A DNA stretch of 64,000 nucleotides from Candidatus Thalassarchaeum betae (GCA_003193925.1 PSPG01000004.1:32001-96000); one strand, 5' to 3'. Shown: positions 40,016-48,776, counted from the stretch's first letter. Notes: generated from the sequence alone by a model not told the origin. Numbers and translations: made by a program.

Positions 40016-41587
40016 ATGAGTGGGCTGCCAAGATCCGACGTGCCGACGTCTGATGGAGCCTTATCAGCGGGACATCCTGAGGAAGGGCACCCTCTGCCGG
40101 GTCAACCACCTTACACGCGGGGCATTCACGCTGAGATGTACAAGAGGAAACTCTGGACCATGCGCCAATACGCTGGCTACTCCACTGCTCAGGAGACGAA
40201 CGAGAGATTCAGAATGCTCCTCGATGAGGGACAGACCGGGCTCTCGGTGGCATTTGACTTACCGACTCAATTGGGACTGGACTCCGACCACCTCAATTCA
40301 CTAGGTGAAGTCGGAAAGGTCGGTGTTGCAATAGACACCATTGAAGACATGCGGGCGTTGTTCGATTCGATTGACCTAAGCGCGGTGTCCACCTCCATGA
40401 CAATCAATGCACCTGCAACCACTCTTCTCGCGATGTACGTGGCAGTTGCCGATGATCAGGGGGTGGAAAGGTCCGCGATCAGAGGCACCGTTCAGAATGA
40501 CATCCTAAAGGAGTACATCGCACGAGGGCTGTACATTTATCCCCCGAGTCACTCAATGAGGCTGACAACCGATCTTATGGAATGGTGCAAGGACAATGCA
40601 CCCAATTGGAACACTATCTCAGTTAGTGGTTATCATATGAGGGAAGCTGGATGCACTGCTGTTGAAGAAGTGGGGCTCACACTGTCAAATGCCCTGCAAT
40701 ATGCCCGAACGGCGATAGATGCAGGTCTATTCATCGATGACTTCGCCCCCAGGATGTCCTTCTTCTTCAGTTCACATAACGACCTACTCGAGGAGGTGGC
40801 CAAGTTTCGAGCTGCTAGAGGTTTGTGGCACGAACTGGTTAATCGGGAGTTCAATCCCGAACACTCGAGATCCAGCCAATTAAGATTCCACACACAGACG
40901 GCTGGAGTCACCCTCACAGCCCAGCAACCCCTCAACAATGCTGTGAGAGTAGCATATCAGGCACTCGCAGCGGTGCTTGGTGGAACCCAGTCCCTGCACA
41001 CCAACAGTTTCGACGAAGCTATCGGCCTGCCTACAGCAGAATCTGTTAAGATAGCTCTCCGCACACAACAGATCATCGCTGATGAGACCGGAGTCGCCGA
41101 TTCTGTCGACCCCTTGGCGGGTTCGTATCTCGTTGAAGAGATGACCTCTAAGATTTTCTCCGAGGCAAGAATCCTGGTTGACGAAATCGACTCTCGCGGA
41201 GGTGCGTTGGAATGTGTGAAATCTGGGTATCAGCAGAAGATAATCCATGAGAGCGCGTGGACCCACTTGCAGGAGCTGGAGAGTGGGGGGCTCTCTGTGA
41301 TAGGTATCAATGCCCATGTTGAGGAAGATAATGTTTCAAGCACTCATGGGCAGAAACTCGACACTGATGCTGTCAGAGAGCAACTGGAGTCATTGCAATC
41401 ACTGAAGGACTCTAGGGATACCGAAAGCGTTCTCAAAGCTCTAGAACGCCTTAGGGAGGCATGCGAGGGAATGCAGAATGTCATGGACCCCCTGATTCAT
41501 GCTGTGAAGGAAGGAGCGACTGTCGGCGAGGTCAATGGGGTGATGAGAGAGGTTTTCGGGACATGGATGGCACCTAGTGGGGTGTGA
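40016..41587 (+). CDS. Methylmalonyl-CoA mutase, substrate-binding (large) subunit
   Basis: PYTRG, WTMRQYAG (Tyr determinant), QNDILKEYIARG and QSLHTNSFDEA; no B12-binding domain in this gene. Confidence 0.92.
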   Translation: MSGLPRSDVPTSDGALSAGHPEEGHPLPGQPPYTRGIHAEMYKRKLWTMRQYAGYSTAQETNERFRMLLDEGQTGLSVAFDLPTQLGLDSDHLNSLGEVGKVGVAIDTIEDMRALFDSIDLSAVSTSMTINAPATTLLAMYVAVADDQGVERSAIRGTVQNDILKEYIARGLYIYPPSHSMRLTTDLMEWCKDNAPNWNTISVSGYHMREAGCTAVEEVGLTLSNALQYARTAIDAGLFIDDFAPRMSFFFSSHNDLLEEVAKFRAARGLWHELVNREFNPEHSRSSQLRFHTQTAGVTLTAQQPLNNAVRVAYQALAAVLGGTQSLHTNSFDEAIGLPTAESVKIALRTQQIIADETGVADSVDPLAGSYLVEEMTSKIFSEARILVDEIDSRGGALECVKSGYQQKIIHESAWTHLQELESGGLSVIGINAHVEEDNVSSTHGQKLDTDAVREQLESLQSLKDSRDTESVLKALERLREACEGMQNVMDPLIHAVKEGATVGEVNGVMREVFGTWMAPSGV

Positions 41588-42009
41588 TGATGAACGATAT
41601 CACCATCGATCACGTCGGTATTGCCACCAGCTCTCTGAGCAAGGCCTCTGGATTCTGGGAGATGCTGGGGTTCATCCGTAGCGGAGACCAACTAAATGAA
41701 AATCAAGGCGTTAGGATTCGGATGTTCGACTCGCCGCGAATTGACGCGAATAATACCAGCATAGAGCTGCTCGAGCCCATTGGTCCGGACTCGCCGATAG
41801 GGAGGTTCATCGCAAACAGGGGAGAGGGTATTCAGCAACTAGCGGTGCGAGTTCCTGACATCCGTGCGATGATTTCCAAACTCTCCGACTCGGGTGTGAG
41901 AATGATTAACGAGGAGCCTGTTCCAGGTGCTTCTGGATCAATAATCGCCTTCGTGCACCCATCTTCCACCGGGGGTGTACTCGTAGAACTCGTCGAACGC
42001 CCTGATTGA
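41587..42009 (+). CDS. mce: Methylmalonyl-CoA epimerase
   Basis: IDHVGIA, IELLEP, GEGI.Q.A and F.HP.STGGVLVELVE. Confidence 0.9.
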   Translation: MMNDITIDHVGIATSSLSKASGFWEMLGFIRSGDQLNENQGVRIRMFDSPRIDANNTSIELLEPIGPDSPIGRFIANRGEGIQQLAVRVPDIRAMISKLSDSGVRMINEEPVPGASGSIIAFVHPSSTGGVLVELVERPD

Positions 42010-42043
42010 CAAGCATCAAAAAGGGGACTGATTTCGGCGTGTC

Positions 42044-42346
42044 ATGCAAAGTTCACTCGAACGCCTCAATCAGGATGGGATTCTGACTTCCAAAGCGGTT
42101 TCACAAGAGGTCCGGTTCCTGTCTGAGACACTGGAGACTCTACTGGACTCGGGTGAGATTTCCACTGATGCCTATCTCGACGCGGGTACCATTCAGGGGG
42201 GGCTGTCAGTCTTGGCAAACTTGATTGCTCAGGGCGTATCCGCTGAAGAAGCTCGTATCCAACTCCAACAACTGAGAGTCAGGGCCGAGAACATCAACTC
42301 GAATTACCCTGAACTCGATGGCAAGATCGAGGGAATTCGTCATTAG
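42044..42346 (+). CDS. Hypothetical protein (100 aa)
   Basis: ATG-initiated, acidic helical ORF that fills the gap. Confidence 0.65.
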   Translation: MQSSLERLNQDGILTSKAVSQEVRFLSETLETLLDSGEISTDAYLDAGTIQGGLSVLANLIAQGVSAEEARIQLQQLRVRAENINSNYPELDGKIEGIRH

Positions 42347-42377
42347 TATTACCCCAGTAATACTTAGCGAATACTTA
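42345..42377. promoter_or_regulatory. Candidate operator upstream of the RHH-folE-que operon
   Basis: Perfect inverted repeat AGTATTAC-ccca-GTAATACT (42345-42364), plus direct repeat AATACTTA at 42359 and 42370 (11-bp spacing). Confidence 0.55.
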
Positions 42378-42403
42378 TCAATAACGTCACCGGCCGCATA
42401 TGC

Positions 42404-42586
42404 GTGCCTAAGGTCAGTTTTGACATACCCAACGAATTGCTCGAAGACCTGCGCCTCCACGTCGGCGATGACAAGAAGTTCGTGTCGCTGGCCGACGCAG
42501 TTAGAACCGCTTGCAGGAAGCTCCTCGATCAACTGGATGCGATCGATGAGATGCATGGCAGAATTCGGAGGAAATCTGATGAGTGA
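42404..42586 (+). CDS. Ribbon-helix-helix (CopG/Arc/MetJ-like) transcriptional regulator
   Basis: Alternating beta-strand KVSFDIP, helix ELLEDL and S.ADAVR.A.R.LL; overlaps the folE start. Confidence 0.8.
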   Translation: MPKVSFDIPNELLEDLRLHVGDDKKFVSLADAVRTACRKLLDQLDAIDEMHGRIRRKSDE

Positions 42587-43166
42587 TGCTCCAAGCAGGG
42601 AACAGGCCGTTTCGGCCGTTGACACCCTGGTCAGGTACATCGAGTCTGCAAACGGTGAACTGAGGGAAGGGCTTGCTAGTACCCCGGAGAGAGTCATCGA
42701 GTCGTTCGATGAAATCTACTCGGGTTATTCTGGCGATGCCAAATCGATACTCGATGCCACATTCAACTCCGAGGGCTATGATGGAATCGTCCTACTGAGG
42801 GACATCGAGTTCCATTCGGTTTGCGAACACCACCTGCTACCATTCACAGGCAAGGCCCACATAGCCTACATCCCAACAGACAGGATTGTCGGAATCAGTA
42901 AACTTGCACGGCTGCTCGACTTGCATTCCAGCAAGTTGCAGAATCAGGAAAGGCTGACCAAGGGCATCGCGGATGACATCGAGTCGATACTGGCCCCCCT
43001 TGGATGCGCGGTGATACTCGAGGCTACCCATAATTGCATGCAATGCAGGGGAGTCTCTAAGCAGAATGCTGTGATGATTACCAGCGCGATCCGCGGTGCA
43101 TTCTTTGACAAGCAAGAGGCTCGAGGTGAACTGCTGCAACTCATCAACATCCAGTCGGACAAGTGA
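42579..43166 (+). CDS. folE: GTP cyclohydrolase I (type IA)
   Basis: REGL..TP.RV, S.CEHHLLPF.G..H.AYIP, G.SKLAR, Q.QERLT and H.CM..RG. Confidence 0.94.
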   Translation: MSDAPSREQAVSAVDTLVRYIESANGELREGLASTPERVIESFDEIYSGYSGDAKSILDATFNSEGYDGIVLLRDIEFHSVCEHHLLPFTGKAHIAYIPTDRIVGISKLARLLDLHSSKLQNQERLTKGIADDIESILAPLGCAVILEATHNCMQCRGVSKQNAVMITSAIRGAFFDKQEARGELLQLINIQSDK

Positions 43167-43170
43167 TTCG

Positions 43171-43800
43171 ATGGTACTACTGCCCACCGGTTCTGACCTC
43201 GAACAGGTCTTCCCGATAGTGGAGATCTTTCACAGCATACAGGGAGAGGGTCACAACACCGGGATGTCCTCGGTGTTCATCCGATTCGGTAGGTGCAACC
43301 TCAGGTGCCCTTGGTGCGATACCGAGTTCGACGAGTGGGAGGACATGACGCTGGGCCAGATCATCAACGAGATCAGCAAGTTCGATTGCGACAGGATCAT
43401 CCTGACCGGAGGCGAGCCGGCTCTGCAGGATCTACCAACCCTGTGCGGAGCCCTGGGGGGCATTGGCTACTACATCAGCATCGAGACAAACGGGACTGTC
43501 GCGCTGCCCAGCGGCATCATCGACTGGATATGCGTCAGCCCGAAGGACCAGGAATACCCGGATGTGGCCATCAGGCAGAGGACCGGGAACGAGTTGAAGG
43601 TCGTTAACCTCGGTCAAGACCTGTCTATGTACGACGACCTCAAAGGAGGCTTCGACCACCTATATCTGCAGCCCTGCTATGACGAGGGGCAAAGTGTGGA
43701 GTGGAACGGGCTCAACTTCCACGATACTTTCGAGCAGGTACGATCGAGGCCCGAGTGGAGGCTCTCGCTCCAGTCTCACAAATGGATGTGCGTGGAATGA
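43171..43800 (+). CDS. queE: 7-carboxy-7-deazaguanine synthase (radical SAM)
   Basis: EIF.SIQGEG, CNLRCPWCDT, TGGEP, ETNGT, SPK and WRLSLQ.HK. Confidence 0.93.
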   Translation: MVLLPTGSDLEQVFPIVEIFHSIQGEGHNTGMSSVFIRFGRCNLRCPWCDTEFDEWEDMTLGQIINEISKFDCDRIILTGGEPALQDLPTLCGALGGIGYYISIETNGTVALPSGIIDWICVSPKDQEYPDVAIRQRTGNELKVVNLGQDLSMYDDLKGGFDHLYLQPCYDEGQSVEWNGLNFHDTFEQVRSRPEWRLSLQSHKWMCVE

Positions 43801-44579
43801 GCAGGGTGGTAATGGCGTTCAGCGGAGGCATGGACTCGACAGCTCTTCTACTGAGGATGCTGGCAAGAAGGAGTGAAGTCACCTGCATCTCGTACGACTA
43901 CGGGCAGAAGCACATATTGGAGTTGCAGAGGGCGGCTGCGAACATCGAATACCTACAATCCAAGGGTTACGAGGTCGAGCACCACGTTGCTGACCTATCC
44001 AGCGCCATGGCGCTGTTCGACTCGGCCCTCACTGACTCTCAAATCTCCGTGCCTGAAGGCCATTACGAGGAAGAGCAGATGAAGCAGACCGTGGTGCCCA
44101 ACAGAAATGCCATCTTCTCCTCGATCCTCTACGGCTACGCGCTCTCTGTCTCATCGAAGGAGGACGTGGATGTCTCCGTGGCTCTAGGGGTGCACTCCGG
44201 GGACCACGCAATCTACCCTGACTGCAGGCCGGAGTTCTACGATGCCCTGATGCAGGCTTTCAAGGCTGGAAACTGGGACTCTCATAGAGTGACGATGGAT
44301 CTGCCATATGTGGATGGGGACAAGGAGAGTATCCTCAGAGATGCGATGGTTTCGTGCGATAGTCTCGGAGTTGACTTCGACACCGTCTTCCGGAACACCA
44401 ACACCTCTTACAGCCCGGATCAATTGGGGCGCAGCTCGGGCAGAACTGGGGCCGATGTGGAGAGGATACTGGCATTCCATGCCATAGGCCGCAAAGACCC
44501 CGTCGAATATGTAGTGGACTGGAGTACGGTGCTTGAGCGCGCGCTAGCCATAGAGAAGGAATACGAGGCGGCAATATGA
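43797..44579 (+). CDS. queC: 7-cyano-7-deazaguanine synthase (variant lacking the C-terminal Cys zinc motif)
   Basis: SGGMDS, YGQKH..E, VPNRN.IF and YPDCRPEF; the tail TNTSY..SSGRTGADVER replaces SCY..CG.C.SC..R. Confidence 0.9.
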   Translation: MSRVVMAFSGGMDSTALLLRMLARRSEVTCISYDYGQKHILELQRAAANIEYLQSKGYEVEHHVADLSSAMALFDSALTDSQISVPEGHYEEEQMKQTVVPNRNAIFSSILYGYALSVSSKEDVDVSVALGVHSGDHAIYPDCRPEFYDALMQAFKAGNWDSHRVTMDLPYVDGDKESILRDAMVSCDSLGVDFDTVFRNTNTSYSPDQLGRSSGRTGADVERILAFHAIGRKDPVEYVVDWSTVLERALAIEKEYEAAI

Positions 44580-44995
44580 CGGGCTCCCGACCGAGATTCA
44601 ACCACGACAGAGATCCTGTCTGGAGGTCTGACCTCACACAACTCCAGTACCACGTTACCAGGGAGGCAGGCACTGAGATGCCGAACTCGGGCATTTACAA
44701 CATGGAGGAGAGGGACGGTTCCTACTACTGCATCTGCTGCGGACACATACTCTTCACTGCGGAGATGAAATACCACTCGGGGTGCGGCTGGCCCGCCTTC
44801 CACACCGAGCACGCTGACGCTGGCATACGCAGGATCGAGGACAATAGCCAGGGTAGGAAGCGGACAGAGGTCAGGTGCAGTTCATGCGACGCCCACCTCG
44901 GTCACGTGTTTAATGACGGGCCCAATCAGTTCGGCGGCGAGAGGTACTGCATCAACTCGGCCAGTATGGACTTCGTAGCGGAGGGAGGCGCATGA
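44576..44995 (+). CDS. msrB: Peptide methionine (R)-sulfoxide reductase
   Basis: GTE, C..C, SG.GWPAF, RTEVRC..C.AHLGHVF.DGP and RYCINS. Confidence 0.95.
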   Translation: MTGSRPRFNHDRDPVWRSDLTQLQYHVTREAGTEMPNSGIYNMEERDGSYYCICCGHILFTAEMKYHSGCGWPAFHTEHADAGIRRIEDNSQGRKRTEVRCSSCDAHLGHVFNDGPNQFGGERYCINSASMDFVAEGGA

Positions 44996-45441
44996 GTACA
45001 TCAATCCGGAGGTGGGTAGAGACAGACACCGGCCACAGGGTTCCCAACCACAGGAGCAAGTGCCGGAACCTGCACGGCCACAGGTACAGATGGGAGGCAG
45101 AGCTCGAAGGGGAAGTGGTGACCCGGGAAGGCGTTTCCGAAGAGGGAATGCTGATCGACTTCGGAGACGTCTCGGAGATACTGGAGGAGCAGATCCACGA
45201 TGTCGTCGATCACGCATTCATCGTCTATGAGGGTGATGCCGAGGCCATGCAGGCGTTGTCAGTCATGGGCGATGACCACAAGACTCTGGTAGTGCCGTTC
45301 GTCCCTACGGCCGAGAACCTCGCCAAGTGGGCATTCTCAGTAGTCGAGTCGCACATCACAACTGCCTATGGCAATGATTTGAGGCTGGTAGCCTTCCACG
45401 TCAGGGAGACTCCCAAGTCCTGTGCCAGTTGGCGTCTCTAA
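44992..45441 (+). CDS. queD: 6-carboxytetrahydropterin synthase
   Basis: H...H..KC.NLHGH.Y, G.LIDF, DH, PTAEN and ETP. Confidence 0.92.
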   Translation: MSTSIRRWVETDTGHRVPNHRSKCRNLHGHRYRWEAELEGEVVTREGVSEEGMLIDFGDVSEILEEQIHDVVDHAFIVYEGDAEAMQALSVMGDDHKTLVVPFVPTAENLAKWAFSVVESHITTAYGNDLRLVAFHVRETPKSCASWRL

Positions 45442-45458
45442 TTCGCCAAACTCAGTCC

Positions 45459-46208
45459 TTAGGGACTGTTCTGCTCGAAGGCAACGGTAGCAGCCGAGAT
45501 GACCCCGAGGATCCTGTGGGCCTCGTCATCTGAAGGCAGGCCACGTAACATCACCCTAGACAGTGTCTCCTCGATGCCCTGGCGCCTGTGATCCCGGGTC
45601 GGCATGGTTCTGGCCAACTTGGAAATCTCCTCCTTCAGCCGCATACGCAGTTCGGGGCTCAGCAACGTGTGATCGGCTGGCTCTGAATCTGGGGCCTTGT
45701 ACCACTCATAGCAGAGAATTGCTACTGCATGGCTGAGATTGAGTATCGGGTACCCCTCCCACGTAGGCACTGACACCAGTAGATCGCAGATGTTCAGCTC
45801 CTCGTTCAACAGGCCCTTGCCCTCGGGGCCGAACACCAGGGCAATCCTAGAATCCGTATCCTTCACTCTGGAAGCAAGGTCTTCAGGATTCAAGAAGTGC
45901 CGGAAGGCCGTCTTGTCTCCGGATTCTCTCTTACCAGATGTCCCGACTACCAGTGAGCAGTCACTGGAGGCGTCCCCTATGGCATCGAACGAGGTTGCAC
46001 CATCGAGGACCCATTGTGCGTGCTTCGCACGATTCCGGGTTTCCTCGGACCACTCAATGCCTCCGCCCACAACCCTGAGATCTGAGATTCCGAAGTTCGC
46101 CATAACTCTCGCTACCGCGCCGATGTTGCCGTCGTTCTCCGGCCTCACCAATACTACGCAGACGCGTTGGGATATACTTGGCAGGGGGGCTTCCTGATGA
46201 TCTCCCAC
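45459..46208 (-). CDS. trmJ: SPOUT tRNA methyltransferase, TrmJ family
   Basis: GNIGAVAR.M.NFG, FGPE..GL.NEEL and YP.LNLSHAV. Confidence 0.85.
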   Translation of the reverse strand: MGDHQEAPLPSISQRVCVVLVRPENDGNIGAVARVMANFGISDLRVVGGGIEWSEETRNRAKHAQWVLDGATSFDAIGDASSDCSLVVGTSGKRESGDKTAFRHFLNPEDLASRVKDTDSRIALVFGPEGKGLLNEELNICDLLVSVPTWEGYPILNLSHAVAILCYEWYKAPDSEPADHTLLSPELRMRLKEEISKLARTMPTRDHRRQGIEETLSRVMLRGLPSDDEAHRILGVISAATVAFEQNSP

Positions 46209-46245
46209 GACTGTCGCAGGCAGTCATCTCACAAGAGCATGGCAG

Positions 46246-46458
46246 TCAGTCTGTCCGACGCTGCGTGTAGGTGGTGATGTAGCCTGCAATCCAGTTCCTC
46301 ATCCTCTTGTTCTTCAGATTTCCTTCCTCGTCAGCGAGGTCAGTGAATTGTTCGACCAACTTCTTGTTCGTATCGAAGTCATCAGTGAACATATCTGGAT
46401 AGATTTCTACGAGCCGTAGGGCCCTAATTTTGATGAAGGAAGGACGTATGTTACCCAT
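46246..46458 (-). CDS. rps17e: 30S ribosomal protein S17e
   Basis: MGNIRP..IK, F..DF..NK and RN.IAGYIT. Confidence 0.95.
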   Translation of the reverse strand: MGNIRPSFIKIRALRLVEIYPDMFTDDFDTNKKLVEQFTDLADEEGNLKNKRMRNWIAGYITTYTQRRTD

Positions 46459-46459
46459 T

Positions 46460-46723
46460 TCAGGCCTCCAGTAACTTTACTTCAATCGGGAATCCCTCTT
46501 CACGCGTGCAGACTACCTTGATTTTACGCGGCGGATGTTGCATGCCACGGGCCCAGATAGCGTGATTGATCGCCTCGTCGATCCACAGGTCCTCGTCATC
46601 ACTCATCTTCATATGCCGGGCTACGTGCTTGCGTATCTCGGCCATGGCTCTGTTAGCCCTCCGAGTGCGAGGGACGGTCCATGCAGCACGCAATGGGATG
46701 GTCATCTCCTTCACCTCAGCCAT
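46460..46723 (-). CDS. rpl31e: 50S ribosomal protein L31e
   Basis: TIPLR..VPR.RRA.RA and N..IW.RG...PPRKI.V. Confidence 0.95.
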   Translation of the reverse strand: MAEVKEMTIPLRAAWTVPRTRRANRAMAEIRKHVARHMKMSDDEDLWIDEAINHAIWARGMQHPPRKIKVVCTREEGFPIEVKLLEA

Positions 46724-46727
46724 GCAA

Positions 46728-46883
46728 TCACCTCTGCAGTTTGGAACGGCGCCACATGTGACGCTTGGGGTGAGTATTCACTCTGCGGTTGGTGCGTAGC
46801 ATCACCCAGACCGGGACACGGCGGTTCTGCTTAGTGACCTTGAGAAGTCTCTGCTTCTTTGCGAACGGTTTGTTACTAGACAT
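46728..46883 (-). CDS. rpl39e: 50S ribosomal protein L39e (absent from the ORF track)
   Basis: Manual translation gives [51 protein letters not shown]; GAGGTGA SD upstream. Confidence 0.95.
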   Translation of the reverse strand: MSSNKPFAKKQRLLKVTKQNRRVPVWVMLRTNRRVNTHPKRHMWRRSKLQR

Positions 46884-46892
46884 GCAATCACC

Positions 46893-47363
46893 TCAATATC
46901 CCGAGAGACCGGGATACCTCTCCTCGGCAGCATCACGGACTGAGTGAGCCATCTCGTCAAGCAGTGCCTGTCCAGATGGAGTCAGTACGCGTCCCAAGTT
47001 CACCGTACCTGCCAGATTGTACTTGCTTGAAATCAAGCCGCATTGGGAAAGCTGCCGTAGAATGGTCCTAGCGATGTTTCGAGAACCGGAGACAGCACGA
47101 TTCTGCTTGACACCCCGATCCTTCGACCCGCCGAACTGCTGTGCCATGTGATTGGCACCGATAGGCCCCATCAAAGCGACCTTTCTCAGGACCGCAGCGG
47201 AACGAACGTACCACCAGTCCTGCTGAACAGGGGGCCTCTCACGATGCGCTCCGGTCTTGGCGTAATCCGCCCAATCCGGTGGCGAGATGGTGTCCAGTGA
47301 CTGCAGCCGGCCGGCAAGTCCGTGAATGAGCAAATCGGCAGGAACGTCGTGCAACGTGGTCAT
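46893..47363 (-). CDS. rps19e: 30S ribosomal protein S19e
   Basis: DVPAD, P.W...KTG..RE.PP...DWWY.R.A..LRK and GR..TP.G..LLD. Confidence 0.95.
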   Translation of the reverse strand: MTTLHDVPADLLIHGLAGRLQSLDTISPPDWADYAKTGAHRERPPVQQDWWYVRSAAVLRKVALMGPIGANHMAQQFGGSKDRGVKQNRAVSGSRNIARTILRQLSQCGLISSKYNLAGTVNLGRVLTPSGQALLDEMAHSVRDAAEERYPGLSGY

Positions 47364-47498
47364 GCGGTCACCAATACGGGCCGGTCGTCCTAGAGACCAT
47401 ATTTAATCGTGGTGACAGCATTATTGCCACTATGTGGCAGGATCGAGTACAAGGGGGTTGCTACAAGAATTGAAAACTCCGTGGCCACTCGAGCGGTC

Positions 47499-48311
47499 AT
47501 GAGAAAGTCCTTGTCCCGGAATCCCAACATGATGAGGACCATGATTGGAATCGGTCTGGTGCTGATACTCGTATTGTCGTATGCCGTCTACTCCAACACC
47601 CTGGACTCGGAATACTACGGGTACACCACTACTAATGAGGAGGTTGAGTTGGACATGCAGGAGACCGAGGAAGGGAGTGCTGAGTGGTACTCAACAACCA
47701 TATCCGCAATCACTTGGATCAATGTCTCAGTATCTGGGGCTCCTGAGGGCTCGTCCATCCAAGTTGAGGCATTTGGAACGGAATGGTACTATTCACCACT
47801 ATTGGGCTCTCCCGGGGCTGAGAACTTTAACTGCAGGCATTCATTATCCGCAGACAGCGGACAAGTGTCAGAGTCATGCGAACTCGCGGTACTTCACGAG
47901 AAGATCTCGGAAGGTGGCGAGGACAGGATGTTGGGACTAGTACTGAACGAACTACCCATAGGCGGCCTTGGATACCTGCATAGCGACGATTCCACCTCGG
48001 CAGAGGTGCAGGCCCGGGAGTTGATAGAGAGGAGCGAGGTCATCGTCACGTGGAGAGTGAAGGTGCTTGAGGATGGAGAGCCTGTCGCTTCGGAAGGAGT
48101 CGAATTGAGTGTCAGCGTCGTGACTCACGAATTGGTTTCAGTCCACGAGTTCAAGCTAGACCCTGTTCAAGAATCGGTGTACAGTCTCGCTACATTGGTG
48201 GGTTGTTTCTCCCTGCTCCTCATCATCCCACTCACGGTTTACTTCTCAGTAGTATACAAGACCAAGAAAGACGAGCGCGTAAGGCTGGAGACGCCCGAAG
48301 TCAAAGGCTGA
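47499..48311 (+). CDS. Hypothetical membrane protein (N- and C-terminal TM, acidic extracytoplasmic domain)
   Basis: Two hydrophobic helices flanking an acidic beta-rich domain. Confidence 0.7.
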   Translation: MRKSLSRNPNMMRTMIGIGLVLILVLSYAVYSNTLDSEYYGYTTTNEEVELDMQETEEGSAEWYSTTISAITWINVSVSGAPEGSSIQVEAFGTEWYYSPLLGSPGAENFNCRHSLSADSGQVSESCELAVLHEKISEGGEDRMLGLVLNELPIGGLGYLHSDDSTSAEVQARELIERSEVIVTWRVKVLEDGEPVASEGVELSVSVVTHELVSVHEFKLDPVQESVYSLATLVGCFSLLLIIPLTVYFSVVYKTKKDERVRLETPEVKG

Positions 48312-48776
48312 TCACTCTTCTTCGGGATCCAACTCTAGTTTCTCATTCGGTGGCTCCAGAACTCCTGTCGGATCGAATCTAGCGGAGACGTTCCACTCAT
48401 TGGATAGGGGGGACTGTCTGATGACAGCCAGTCCCAAGGAGTAGAATTTGGCTATCGAAGCACGGACCCTCTCCTCGACGGGTGCTATCCTCTCATGGAA
48501 AGTCGAATCCATCAGACTGCAGATCGTGGAGAAATCGTTGCTCCCATCCATCAACTCCCAAAGCATTGAGTTCATGTCATCCAACGGCCTCCTGAGCTCC
48601 TTCGGCCCCCTGAGAATACTGGCCAAAATAGCTTCGAGGCCACTGAGTGTCTTGGGATGTCTGATAACGATCTGCTTACCGGTCACCCCCTTCACATCAG
48701 GGTGTGGACCGACTACCCCACGCCGTCCCCACCACACCGGGACTCGTGTGGGAAAAACGTCGCCGGAGAAACGCAT
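48312..48776 (-). CDS. PqqD-like (winged-helix, RRE-like) protein
   Basis: LDDMNSMLWELMDGSNDFSTIC..F.E....EERV...F..LGL resembles the LD..GS.IW.L.DG..T..EI pattern of PqqD-family proteins. Confidence 0.65.
   Translation of the reverse strand: MRFSGDVFPTRVPVWWGRRGVVGPHPDVKGVTGKQIVIRHPKTLSGLEAILASILRGPKELRRPLDDMNSMLWELMDGSNDFSTICSLMDSTFHERIAPVEERVRASIAKFYSLGLAVIRQSPLSNEWNVSARFDPTGVLEPPNEKLELDPEEE

Noticed and set aside
46721-46894. 14-bp direct repeat CATGCAATCACCTC
   Set aside because: It is explained by identical SD-plus-start regions of two ribosomal protein genes, not by a mobile-element duplication.
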